Shown one piece after another: positions 18,598 to 27,319 of a DNA stretch of 51,332 nucleotides. Each line of letters begins with the position of its first letter. The first letter of the stretch is position 1. The stretch is from an uncultured Maribacter sp. (GTDB lineage: Bacteria; Bacteroidota; Bacteroidia; Flavobacteriales; Flavobacteriaceae), in contig CAZHJO010000001.1 of the NCBI GenBank assembly GCA_964532755.1, forward strand, positions 1 through 51,332. The letters are read 5' to 3'. The notes under the pieces are model-generated. The model was given only the letters and a program-made list of their open reading frames with translations. It was not told the DNA's origin and did not search any database. The position numbers were made by a program, and so were the translations under genes.

Positions 18598-19420
18598 GCA
18601 ATCCTACCGAAAGGAGGTCCCAAGCACTCGTAAATATTGACCATCAATGAAAGTCAGTTGGCTTTTAAAGAGGTTTTCAAAAGCTGTAGCCTGCCGGTGT
18701 CCGTCAGTCTTTTAGCTTTTGCAAGTTGCGAGCGCCAAAGTTTTGGGTCTTCCGTCAAATAAAATATCGAGTAATTTCAGGGGGTTAGCGGAGCTCATAA
18801 AAAATACCCCGTATTTGCATAAGGGTCTTCTGGTACTTGGGGATAGGCGATGGGGGTACCCAGGGTCTAATTATCTCACACCTTGGCATGTTTAATGCTT
18901 ACAGCCATGAGACTGGTAGTAATCACCTACCGGTAGCTACCATAGCGACAAGTTTTAACCCAATAGTATAGTATGAGGTTATAAATATGCACCAAATCAC
19001 GCGAATGTGAGGACATATCATAACATGTAACAAAAACCTACCACTGCCTACCGTATTCCACCTACCACCATGAGCCATGTGTATACTAATGTGCACACCT
19101 ATTCGCAATATGCAAACGCATTGGCATTATGCACATGTGGTGTGTGAGTAGGACAATTGGTGGATTGTACTATGTGTGGACTGGTGTGTGTGTGGTGTAG
19201 TGCAGTGGGTGGGTGGAAATCGTGGAATTGTTGATTATTATGTGTTATCTCCAATGAGAGTATAACTCATAATAATTGAAAACATTTCTAAAAGCAAGGA
19301 GAAATACACAATTACCCGAAATAAAGGCATAAATACGTGTAGTAACCAATGGTAGGTTTTACCCCTTCTTCTGTGGAAGAAAAATAAACCCTGCACTTTG
19401 CCATATATCAGGGTGGTCTT

Positions 19421-19700
19421 TCGGCATACTCAGTTGTAATAAATTCGGGTACTTATGCTTGGATTTCGCAGGGTGTCGGCAATCTCAGAAGTCTCAAAAT
19501 GACGAAAAAAGAGAGAGAACTTTGTACTAAGGATATATGAGAGTTTGATATATATATAAGTAATTAATATTATTATATATTTTCTTATTTTTTTCATTTT
19601 TCTCAATGATTTTTTTTCTCATTTCCTGTCTTCTCATATACACCGGACCCTGCGAAATCCTAAGATAACCTATTGATTTTATTAGAAGTGAGTATGCCGA
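19421..19700. repeat. 54-bp imperfect inverted repeat flanking an AT-rich core; candidate origin/packaging site
   Basis: 19421-19474 vs reverse complement of 19647-19700: 42/54 identical, ungapped. Confidence 0.85.
19666..19678 (-). promoter_or_regulatory. IHF-binding consensus site
   Basis: AATCAATAGGTTA matches WATCAANNNNTTR; lies within the right repeat arm. Confidence 0.55.
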
Positions 19701-20127
19701 TTGGGTACCTGCGATATCACCACTTAAATGTCTGATATTGTTGCAGATAAGGGTCAAAAACGGGTACCCTGCGGTTTCAAATCATGTCCGAAAACGTCCT
19801 ATTGTGGGGATGGGGGATTTGGGATGGATGGGCTTGGTCCTTTCCGGTCACCACGCTCGGTTTTGGTTTGATGCAATGGCTTGACCACCAACTACATATC
19901 TTTCAAACACCTCTTTAAAAGCAAGCGATGTGAGGGGCGATAGCTCCGAACAAGCTGCCCTTGATATTTATCTTTGATGGCACCCACATGGCCAGGGTGA
20001 GACTCTGGTGGTTTGATTAATACCTCAACATTGGTATTAGGTTTAAGTCTTTGTCTTGAGGCTCTGGTTGGTTCGGACGATTAAATGAAATAAATTCAAA
20101 TTAATTAAAATTAATTTAAAATAACGC

Positions 20128-20157
20128 TTGACAATCCTGCACTACATGCACTACATT
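20128..20157 (+). promoter_or_regulatory. Early sigma70 promoter P1 with two tandem GCACTACAT boxes
   Basis: AT-rich UP region, TTGACA-18bp-TACATT; boxes 20139-20147 and 20148-20156. Confidence 0.8.
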
Positions 20158-20206
20158 GTAATCACCGATGAGGGAATCACTAAACATAAATAGAGAGGGG
20201 AACAAA

Positions 20207-20461
20207 ATGACGTTAAATGAATTTGCTAAAAAATGGAATCGTCCGAGTGATAGTAACTTTTCTGTTGCTTGTTATGATATGCACTCGATTGGGGAAATGG
20301 AAGATGCCCTTGAATGCTACGATGAACGGGAATTTGATGACGATGCCGACCATATGATACGGATTGATTGTGATGCATGGGGGATTACTGAGGAAGAGTG
20401 GTTAGATGGCATTAGGGCTGCCCTTAAGGCACTACGTGATGAAGTTGGCACAAACAGATAA
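20207..20461 (+). CDS. Small acidic early protein
   Basis: GAGGGG RBS before ATG 20207; D/E-rich; paralog of next gene. Confidence 0.75.
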   Translation: MTLNEFAKKWNRPSDSNFSVACYDMHSIGEMEDALECYDEREFDDDADHMIRIDCDAWGITEEEWLDGIRAALKALRDEVGTNR

Positions 20462-20480
20462 ATAGAAAGGGGATGACATT

Positions 20481-20717
20481 ATGACAATCCATAGGTATGC
20501 GATGAAGTGGAATCGCCACCCGGACTATAATTTCGCTCTGGACCGTTACAATAAGTATGTTTCTTTTGAATTGCAGGTAATGTTGGCCAGGTACCCTGAT
20601 CGCCATAAAGATAAACATGTTAGAAAGTTGATTAAAAATGAATGCAAAAAGTGGGGCATTGATGAAACTGAGTGGTATGATGCTGTTGTTGCGGCATTAA
20701 GTGAGCATCTTTTTTAG
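20481..20717 (+). CDS. Small early protein, paralog of preceding gene
   Basis: MT....A.KWNR..D.NF and C..WGI.E.EW.D...AAL shared. Confidence 0.75.
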   Translation: MTIHRYAMKWNRHPDYNFALDRYNKYVSFELQVMLARYPDRHKDKHVRKLIKNECKKWGIDETEWYDAVVAALSEHLF

Positions 20718-20812
20718 TTGTTAGCAACCCGCGTGAGTGTTTTGAGAAGAATGTTTCGACCGCGAAAGAGGACATAAAGAGGAATGAAAAAATTAAAGGA
20801 GCTTATCGAATA

Positions 20813-21139
20813 ATGAAAATGCAAGAATTTGATCACTCAGAAGCACTTGTTACACTTGGTGGAATCAGATCTATGCATCGCCAGGTTACCACTGAGATTT
20901 CCCTGTACAAAGAAGACGGGGATTTATCCGACCTTGCGGCTAAACTCCAGGAATATTGGGATAAGACACAAACTGGAGACGTGTTGACCTTTTGGGTTGA
21001 TATTAAAGAGAGAACTACAGGTTGTGAAATATCTTGGTGGGAGAACAGGCCCAGCGAGAATGGGGTTAGAGCTATCTTGGAGGAGATTCGGGACGAATAC
21101 ACGCTTTTTGATGTCAGTCGGGCTAAATTGAGGGGCTGA
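20813..21139 (+). CDS. Hypothetical acidic early protein
   Basis: AAGGAG RBS, 108 aa. Confidence 0.65.
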   Translation: MKMQEFDHSEALVTLGGIRSMHRQVTTEISLYKEDGDLSDLAAKLQEYWDKTQTGDVLTFWVDIKERTTGCEISWWENRPSENGVRAILEEIRDEYTLFDVSRAKLRG

Positions 21140-21159
21140 TCATTTTAAATTAAAGGGGA

Positions 21160-21615
21160 GTGACATTGAACATTAATCATTATAAATTATTACTAAGCGG
21201 AGTTGATAAATTCAACAAATTTCGCAGAAACAATCCTGATGAACTAATTGATCTAAGTGATGCTAATCTAAGAGATATTATTCTAAGTGATGCTGATCTA
21301 ACCGGAGCTAATCTAATAAATTCAGATTTAAGTGTTGCCAATCTAATTGATGCTAACCTAACCGGTGCCAATCTAAGTGATACTATTCTAACCGGAGCCG
21401 ATTTGACTGGCGCTAATATTGACTATACTTCGTGGCCGCTATGGTGTGGAACTAAGGGTGTTAAAAAAGACGAAGACCAAATTAAACAATTATTGATGCA
21501 TACACTTGATAACACAAAAGGCCAAGTTCCCGGTTTGACACAAGAATTATTAGATTGGGTCAATTCGGGAAAATATATTAAAAATGGAAATTTTCCGAAA
21601 TTAACTTTAAAATAA
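21160..21615 (+). CDS. Pentapeptide repeat protein
   Basis: A(D/N)Lxx repeats, RRNNPD.LIDLS N-cap, WPLWCG downstream motif. Confidence 0.92.
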   Translation: MTLNINHYKLLLSGVDKFNKFRRNNPDELIDLSDANLRDIILSDADLTGANLINSDLSVANLIDANLTGANLSDTILTGADLTGANIDYTSWPLWCGTKGVKKDEDQIKQLLMHTLDNTKGQVPGLTQELLDWVNSGKYIKNGNFPKLTLK

Positions 21616-21672
21616 TAGCTAAAGATTAAATAAAAATCACCGGTATTTTAACTTAAGAGGGGAAACTAAAAC

Positions 21673-21924
21673 ATGCCATTAATTACGTTAAAGAATGATT
21701 CCCACTTTACTCAAGCCAGAGTGTATCTGAAGGACATCTCCAACCCAATCCTCAACCCAAGACAGGTACAAATTGCATCAAGAAAGCTCTGCCCATTTAA
21801 ATATTGCGACTGCGTTGGACCTCTTAAAATGAGTGGAGATGATAATCCTAAATGGGTTTGGGAGAAAGATGGGGGTGGTAACAAAACCAAGTCGGTTCGA
21901 TTAATTCTTAAACCAAAGGGCTGA
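21673..21924 (+). CDS. Hypothetical protein with Cys cluster
   Basis: GAGGGG RBS; LC...C.C.GPL. Confidence 0.65.
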   Translation: MPLITLKNDSHFTQARVYLKDISNPILNPRQVQIASRKLCPFKYCDCVGPLKMSGDDNPKWVWEKDGGGNKTKSVRLILKPKG

Positions 21925-21928
21925 AATC

Positions 21929-22288
21929 ATGGAGAAAATATCTACTAAATATTATGAGCATTACATTACATGGGTTCATTTCGCTAAAATTCCTTTAATT
22001 GCCAATAGTCTACAGGTAAGTGTGCGTAAACCTTTTACCAAAGATATTTATACCGACACCAGACAATTTAACGCCCTGCATAACTGTCAAATACAGACCT
22101 TTTGGGAAGCTATGGATGCCCTCCTTCGGCATTGGATCGACACCAGTTACGAGCTACACTTGCTTGTAGATTATATCCAAATAGGGCATACATCAACCTA
22201 CCACACCACACGCTGGTTCGACTCTGAAACAGACCGAATCAAGCACACCACCGACCGATGGGTTTTCATTTACAAAACTGAAAAATAG
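21929..22288 (+). CDS. Hypothetical protein
   Basis: 119-aa ORF closely following the previous gene. Confidence 0.5.
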   Translation: MEKISTKYYEHYITWVHFAKIPLIANSLQVSVRKPFTKDIYTDTRQFNALHNCQIQTFWEAMDALLRHWIDTSYELHLLVDYIQIGHTSTYHTTRWFDSETDRIKHTTDRWVFIYKTEK

Positions 22289-22291
22289 CAA

Positions 22292-22556
22292 CTGGGACGT
22301 ACCAGTACGAGATATGTCCCAAAAGGGGGGTTTTACCTGGTACGTCCCAGGACGTACCACCCCCGTACCAGTACTACATGGGCTCAGTTAGATCCTTGCT
22401 GCTCTAAGCGTACCAGTGGGACGTACCAGTGGTACGCCTGTAGTGCAAACTGGTACGCGAAGAGCGTCCCAGTGAATTTAAAGGCTCAAAAAGAATTTTT
22501 TAAAGTATGGCCCCCGGTTTCCGGGCATCTAACTGGTACGCAGTAGTGCGTACCAG
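22292..22556. repeat. Cluster 1 of 8-bp STGGKACG repeats (about 14 copies, both orientations)
   Basis: Copies start at 22292, 22298, 22337, 22343, 22353, 22364, 22409, 22416, 22422, 22429, 22450, 22465, 22533, 22549. Confidence 0.92.
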
Positions 22557-22587
22557 GCCATTTTGGCATAGTTGGGAGGTGAGAAGC

Positions 22588-22719
22588 TTGGGCATATTTT
22601 TAGCGTGCATGATCTCACTCGCTGCCCTATTTTGCATTTGCACAATTTTTAAAAAGATCAATCCATGGATGATCATTATTTTAGTCTTGATACTGTTTTG
22701 GATTCGGACCTTGGTTTAG
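22588..22719 (+). CDS. Small two-TM membrane protein
   Basis: GGGAGGTG RBS then TTG; two hydrophobic segments. Confidence 0.55.
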   Translation: MGIFLACMISLAALFCICTIFKKINPWMIIILVLILFWIRTLV

Positions 22720-22738
22720 GCATTTTGTTCACAGAAAT

Positions 22739-22766
22739 TTAACATAAAATAGCACTACATTATAAT
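22739..22766 (+). promoter_or_regulatory. Promoter P2 with GCACTACAT box
   Basis: TTAACA-16bp-TATAAT; box 22752-22760; AAGGAGG follows. Confidence 0.55.
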
Positions 22767-22779
22767 AAGGAGGGATTAT

Positions 22780-22944
22780 ATGCTCAGTGAGGTTTTTAGT
22801 GGCTATTTGCCACAAATTATTTTAGGGGCAGCTTGTATGCTGTCTTGGATACCGATTTTTAAGGGTACAGCAACTTTGTCAGATCGAAACATAATCATGC
22901 TCTTAGGTATGGCTTTAATCGGGTCAATCTTAACCAAAGCATAA
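22780..22944 (+). CDS. 54-aa two-TM membrane protein
   Basis: AAGGAGG RBS; MLSEVFSGYLPQIILGAACML... Confidence 0.65.
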   Translation: MLSEVFSGYLPQIILGAACMLSWIPIFKGTATLSDRNIIMLLGMALIGSILTKA

Positions 22945-22958
22945 AATTAGGATTAATC

Positions 22959-23138
22959 GTGGAATTTATTATTATAAGTGTTTGGGCAATTGTAATGGGC
23001 ATTGTGCTCCACAAACTGATCGAACACCCTAACACCCACGTAATCATTTGGGTAGTTGTTGTGTCCGGCATGGGTTGGGTTGGAGTCAAAATGATGGGGT
23101 ATGGTACACCAATAAAAATTCTGAAAGGATTATTTTAA
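22959..23138 (+). CDS. 59-aa two-TM membrane protein
   Basis: GTG start; MEFIIISVWAIVMGIVL...; TAATG-coupled to next gene. Confidence 0.6.
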   Translation: MEFIIISVWAIVMGIVLHKLIEHPNTHVIIWVVVVSGMGWVGVKMMGYGTPIKILKGLF

Positions 23139-23425
23139 TGAGCGTAGAAACTTATAAAAGCAGTTTCTGTAATGGTGGGCGAACTTTTACATTTTATAAC
23201 GTATACCTTAATGACGGAGGGGGTTCTTTATCTCATGCTGTTGATTGGGTACGCGACATACAGTCCAGTTTAGATTATTATTTTAACCGAAGAGTTTCTG
23301 ATGAATCTCTGTACCTTTCTTTTCATAGCGAGCGGCCCCGATGTATTGAATACTATGAAATTAAAGAAACTCCAACAGTTGCTTGGGTGTTGGAGAAGAT
23401 AATCCATTTTTACCAGGGGGATTAG
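23138..23425 (+). CDS. Hypothetical protein
   Basis: AAGGA RBS and TAATG overlap; starts MSVETYK. Confidence 0.6.
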   Translation: MSVETYKSSFCNGGRTFTFYNVYLNDGGGSLSHAVDWVRDIQSSLDYYFNRRVSDESLYLSFHSERPRCIEYYEIKETPTVAWVLEKIIHFYQGD

Positions 23426-23426
23426 A

Positions 23427-23549
23427 GTGGACTTAAAGGCATTAATTGTATGGGCAATTGTAGTGGCAATTGTCCTCATATCATTCCTGGCATGGTTCTT
23501 GGGAATATTCGCAGTTATATACGCTTTTTGTTCCCTTTTCATACTATAA
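23427..23549 (+). CDS. 40-aa hydrophobic membrane peptide
   Basis: AGGGGG RBS, GTG start; almost entirely hydrophobic. Confidence 0.5.
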   Translation: MDLKALIVWAIVVAIVLISFLAWFLGIFAVIYAFCSLFIL

Positions 23550-23562
23550 CACGGAGGATTAA

Positions 23563-23727
23563 ATGGCAGATTATCAATATCTTTTGGTAGGGGTAGGAGT
23601 GCTCATAATCATGCTATCCATGAGCTTGGAGAAATCAAATCAGAACCCCAAGAAAAAGGAGCATTCAGCATCAGGCTTGATGGCATTTGTAGGCATCTGC
23701 ATGGGCGTTGCTGCATTCTTTATTTAG
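23563..23727 (+). CDS. 54-aa two-TM membrane protein
   Basis: GGAGG RBS; MADYQYLLVGVGVLII...GVAAFFI. Confidence 0.65.
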   Translation: MADYQYLLVGVGVLIIMLSMSLEKSNQNPKKKEHSASGLMAFVGICMGVAAFFI

Positions 23728-23739
23728 AAAGGGGGAAAC

Positions 23740-24108
23740 ATGGCAGACAAAACACACCCACAAAAAGCGGAGATGGTGAACTTCTTGGGTGGTGGCCAAA
23801 AGGCTATGAGGAAGAGAAAACCAAAACTTCGAAGTGAGTACCGGGCAAAAGGCGGCAAGATGATATTTTCCAAGAAAACCAAGCGCACTGCCCTGAAAGG
23901 TGTGTGCCTGCTTGGGGGTTTATGGTTTATCAGTGCTACAGGGTTTATGGTGCCCACAATCCTAACCTTGCTGCCCATTGGGGCTATAATAGCTGCAATT
24001 TGGCTTGCGCTTAAAATCATTAAAAAAGGCGGTAAGGTGGCAATATTTTACATCTGTATACTGGCATTCTTTGCGTACCAGTTATATCAATTCTCACAAG
24101 GGGGGTGA
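23740..24108 (+). CDS. Membrane protein with basic N-terminus
   Basis: Three hydrophobic segments; AAGGGGG RBS. Confidence 0.65.
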   Translation: MADKTHPQKAEMVNFLGGGQKAMRKRKPKLRSEYRAKGGKMIFSKKTKRTALKGVCLLGGLWFISATGFMVPTILTLLPIGAIIAAIWLALKIIKKGGKVAIFYICILAFFAYQLYQFSQGG

Positions 24109-24488
24109 CCGTGTGGTTAAGAGTAAAGGGTATGGATACTATCCAACCAATATTTTTCTACCCGATTGGGAGCAACCTGGAGGCAACGGAACTATTATTA
24201 GACTTGGGGAGGGATGAATATAAGGTAACTCGGGACATCGTTTGGGGTAGGCTTTATCACGTAAGCCGTTCGGATTTTGACATCATGAAGGCTTTTGTAG
24301 ATAGCTACCGCCGGGAAGAAGGTAGGTTCCAAAAAATATGTATCAAACTTTCAGGAGGTGCAACAGCTTTAAACCGCCTTTCACGAAAAGTTTGGGGTTT
24401 GGCTGAAGACTCAACTAAATCATTAGAATCTCAACTTAAAAACCTCAAGCGTATCTTGGATTCTTATGAGGTTCGATATCCCGATTAA
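24105..24488 (+). CDS. Hypothetical protein
   Basis: Coupled ORF, start uncertain. Confidence 0.6.
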   Translation: MTVWLRVKGMDTIQPIFFYPIGSNLEATELLLDLGRDEYKVTRDIVWGRLYHVSRSDFDIMKAFVDSYRREEGRFQKICIKLSGGATALNRLSRKVWGLAEDSTKSLESQLKNLKRILDSYEVRYPD

Positions 24489-24516
24489 ATATTTTTAAAA
24501 TAATTCGAAATACCTC

Positions 24517-24545
24517 TTGACATAATGTAGTGCATGATATACATT
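24517..24545 (+). promoter_or_regulatory. Sigma70 promoter P3 with inverted GCACTACAT box
   Basis: TTGACA-17bp-TACATT; ATGTAGTGC at 24525-24533. Confidence 0.85.
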
Positions 24546-24589
24546 AGAATCATGAGAGCAACAAAAACAACCACCAAGGGGGAAAAGTC

Positions 24590-25054
24590 ATGAAAAGAAT
24601 AATCAAGGTCAACAAATCAGGCATCCAGTACCTCACCAATTACAACACATCCGACGCTTCTGCCGAATTCGGCACGAATTCCGAAGAAGCCGTGACTTTT
24701 TCCCCTTCGCAGACGGACGAATTTTATGCAGCTAAAGCATTATGCCAAGGCCACATTTTCACACAATCTTTAAAAGCCGACAAATGGTCCATCGACAGTG
24801 AGCACGATCATACGGCTAAATCCCACATTGATCGGCGTACACGCGGCTTCGTAGAACAGATCAGATCAGAGCGTAAAGGCTTTGTCGCACCTAAATCAGA
24901 CCGCAGAATCCGACAGGCTTTTGTTGCATTTTATCGTACAGTGGAGCAAAATCATCATAGTGCTGAGTACCTAACACCATCTTTAATATCTCCAAATGTT
25001 TGGTCCAAACGGGAAGAAAAATTGTTCCATAAATTCAACCAATTAAGGAGGTAG
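24590..25054 (+). CDS. Hypothetical protein
   Basis: First gene after P3; AAGGGGG RBS; DRR..GFV internal repeats. Confidence 0.7.
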   Translation: MKRIIKVNKSGIQYLTNYNTSDASAEFGTNSEEAVTFSPSQTDEFYAAKALCQGHIFTQSLKADKWSIDSEHDHTAKSHIDRRTRGFVEQIRSERKGFVAPKSDRRIRQAFVAFYRTVEQNHHSAEYLTPSLISPNVWSKREEKLFHKFNQLRR

Positions 25055-25057
25055 ACC

Positions 25058-25279
25058 ATGCACAATTTAGACGCCAGTTTTGAAAGGGTTTTCCGGGCAA
25101 TTAATACGACAGGATGTTTGGACGATTGCATCAGCATTACGCACAACGAGATTTTCAACAAAATGCGGAATCTTTTGGCTGATATGATTCATGTTACGGA
25201 TTCTTTGGGTGCCCCGGCTGATAAACTTATCCAATCCGCTTTAAGGATGTACCAGGATGAGAAGGAGGATATCTATTGA
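25058..25279 (+). CDS. Hypothetical protein
   Basis: AAGGAGG RBS. Confidence 0.7.
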   Translation: MHNLDASFERVFRAINTTGCLDDCISITHNEIFNKMRNLLADMIHVTDSLGAPADKLIQSALRMYQDEKEDIY

Positions 25280-25701
25280 AGATCGAAACAATTTATACCG
25301 ACAAGGAAACTCAAGCGAATTTGATTTTCGGGTTGCTTATGGTGCGCATCAATACTTGTTGGTCCTGCTGCGGCTCTCCACAACCGGCAGAGCTTGTTGA
25401 ATTCTTCGGTGCAGGTGGTGATAACCCTATAAAATTTGCTTTTGGACAGAACATCGTGGACCTCATGGAAACTCTTGATTCTCGGCGTACTGTCTTGCGT
25501 AATGCGTTGGTTGCTGAAAGATCAAGGGTTTTGCGGGGGTTGCACATATCCTCCATTAGTTATAGGAGCTACGTAGATTTAGATAGCTCTTGGGGGGATT
25601 TTGTCTTTGAGGCTGAAAACTTGTTTTATCAATATGCTAAAACGTCATTAGATACTTACATATTAAACTATTGGGATTTTATGTTAAAAGCTTATTCTTA
25701 A
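25276..25701 (+). CDS. Hypothetical protein
   Basis: AAGGAGG RBS, TTG start overlapping upstream stop. Confidence 0.65.
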   Translation: MKIETIYTDKETQANLIFGLLMVRINTCWSCCGSPQPAELVEFFGAGGDNPIKFAFGQNIVDLMETLDSRRTVLRNALVAERSRVLRGLHISSISYRSYVDLDSSWGDFVFEAENLFYQYAKTSLDTYILNYWDFMLKAYS

Positions 25702-25710
25702 GGAGGCTTT

Positions 25711-25929
25711 ATGAAAAACCTACCATGTTTAACTTTTTTTAAAGATCCCCGATACCTCAACATCATTTGGGAGTTCGATAAAAGCGGAAAGTTGGTGCGG
25801 TATATTGTAGATCCGGGGGGATCAGTTGAAGCGTCTCCGGTATGCGATGAATCCGGCGATGAGGTTTGTTATTTTTCTTTTTACCGAAATTTTGCGGGCA
25901 GGGCTTGGGAGTATCGGGATGATGCGTAA
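25711..25929 (+). CDS. Hypothetical protein
   Basis: AAGGAGG RBS. Confidence 0.65.
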   Translation: MKNLPCLTFFKDPRYLNIIWEFDKSGKLVRYIVDPGGSVEASPVCDESGDEVCYFSFYRNFAGRAWEYRDDA

Positions 25930-26203
25930 TTACGATAGATCAGAATTAGAATTAATGGATGATTTGGAGAGGTTATCTAATAATTATTGTCCAAAATGTT
26001 TGATCCGTATGTCGCAGCATATGCATGTTAGGGATGAGAAGTTGAGACGATTGCCCCCGATGTGCAGGTATTGCGATTCATTTTGGACTGTGACGGGGGC
26101 TTACGGTGACGTTGTACTGCAGAATTTAGGTGCATCGACGGAAAAGAAACGCCAGTATGACGAAATTGTAGCTCAAAATAAACGGATTATGGCTAAAAAA
26201 TAA
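25919..26203 (+). CDS. Zn-ribbon protein
   Basis: CPKC...CRYC; GGGAG before ATG 25919. Confidence 0.6.
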   Translation: MMRNYDRSELELMDDLERLSNNYCPKCLIRMSQHMHVRDEKLRRLPPMCRYCDSFWTVTGAYGDVVLQNLGASTEKKRQYDEIVAQNKRIMAKK

Positions 26204-26216
26204 GGAGGATATCATC

Positions 26217-26423
26217 ATGGCAACATCTTTAGATGCAATAAATGATCGACATGTTTTAAGTGATTTCGACGATGCATTAGAGCTTTGTTGCAAGTTGAAC
26301 CATGACAGCCTCATAACTGCTGATAAAATTTATGACGAATTGAAATTTCTCACAGAAAAAGTTGTGGGTGGCTATGTAATCCGCGTGTATAATGCGGATC
26401 AAAAATTCATTGGGTTTATTTAA
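26217..26423 (+). CDS. Hypothetical protein
   Basis: AAGGAGG RBS. Confidence 0.7.
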   Translation: MATSLDAINDRHVLSDFDDALELCCKLNHDSLITADKIYDELKFLTEKVVGGYVIRVYNADQKFIGFI

Positions 26424-26434
26424 AGGAGAAATTC

Positions 26435-26599
26435 ATGGCGAATGAAAAGCAGGAGTTAACCAGTAAATTATTCCAACTTTTAGGGGCCTACGAAGCTGAC
26501 ACTGAATTGATTGAAGATACAAGTTTGCAAAATTATTTCGAAATGTTGAACGCAAGATTGAGGAACATTGCCCTGCAGATAAATCAACTCACAGACTGA
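26435..26599 (+). CDS. 54-aa helical hypothetical protein
   Basis: AAGGAG RBS; MANEKQELTSKLFQLL... Confidence 0.6.
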   Translation: MANEKQELTSKLFQLLGAYEADTELIEDTSLQNYFEMLNARLRNIALQINQLTD

Positions 26600-26609
26600 A
26601 AGGATTTTT

Positions 26610-26825
26610 ATGGCAGAAAATAAAATTAAAAAACCGTTGGCAGCTCTGCATATATGTGTGATGGATATGTCCGATATCGTTTCTTCTTTGGACGATAAAA
26701 AGCACAAAGAAATTAAAAAAGAATTGAACGAGCATCTGCTTAAAATGCGTGATATTGCTCTTGCTTTAGAGTCCGAGCGTAAGAAAAACGCCAGGTTTAG
26801 AGCATTGGCTATTCAAAAGAGGTAA
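26610..26825 (+). CDS. Hypothetical helical protein
   Basis: AAGGA RBS. Confidence 0.65.
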   Translation: MAENKIKKPLAALHICVMDMSDIVSSLDDKKHKEIKKELNEHLLKMRDIALALESERKKNARFRALAIQKR

Positions 26826-26829
26826 ACCT

Positions 26830-27030
26830 ATGTCAAGAGAAATGGAATGCCCAAACTGTGGAGCATTTTTGCACGAATTCGATCCTTCAAACCAAAAACA
26901 TGAGGTAAAAAATTATACTAGGGAATTTACTGTAATCTCACAACATGAGTGGAAATGTTCTGCTTGTAGTTGGCTTTGGTCTGGCGATACAGTAACCTAT
27001 TTTAATCAGGACGCTATTAGCGGGGGTTGA
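26830..27030 (+). CDS. Zn-ribbon protein
   Basis: CPNC...CSAC. Confidence 0.7.
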   Translation: MSREMECPNCGAFLHEFDPSNQKHEVKNYTREFTVISQHEWKCSACSWLWSGDTVTYFNQDAISGG

Positions 27031-27269
27031 TTATGCTGTTGACTATAAACTTAGAAGGTATGCAAAAACCTGTATCACCCTGTAAAGATTGTAAATATAA
27101 ATTGAGGCATAAAGACCTATGCTTGGATTCCGGATGTGAAAAACCATATTGGTATAGCCAGACGCTGCACAATCCATGGTATAAAGACGATTGTCCAAGC
27201 TTGGGCGGCGTGCCAATTCATGCTCGACCAGCAAACGCCCAATTCCAAGAAGATTCAGATTTATATTAA
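27027..27269 (+). CDS. Cys-rich hypothetical protein
   Basis: SPCKDC...K..C...C. Confidence 0.6.
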   Translation: MIMLLTINLEGMQKPVSPCKDCKYKLRHKDLCLDSGCEKPYWYSQTLHNPWYKDDCPSLGGVPIHARPANAQFQEDSDLY

Positions 27270-27282
27270 TTAAAAATAATCC

Positions 27283-27311
27283 TTGACATTGTGCACTACA
27301 TGCTATACATT
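27283..27311 (+). promoter_or_regulatory. Sigma70 promoter P4 with GCACTACAT box
   Basis: TTGACA-17bp-TACATT; box 27293-27301. Confidence 0.85.
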
Positions 27312-27319
27312 AGATTTAC

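Noticed and set aside
18923-19757. ORFs 18923..19108 and 19527..19757
   Set aside because: No clear RBS, low-complexity translation, overlap the inverted-repeat and AT-rich element
22292-22556. CRISPR or mini-CRISPR array
   Set aside because: Repeats are 8-14 bp, irregularly spaced and in both orientations; no repeat-spacer periodicity
22507-22587. N-terminal extension of ORF 22507..22719
   Set aside because: Runs through the repeat hairpin with no RBS; a better RBS precedes TTG 22588
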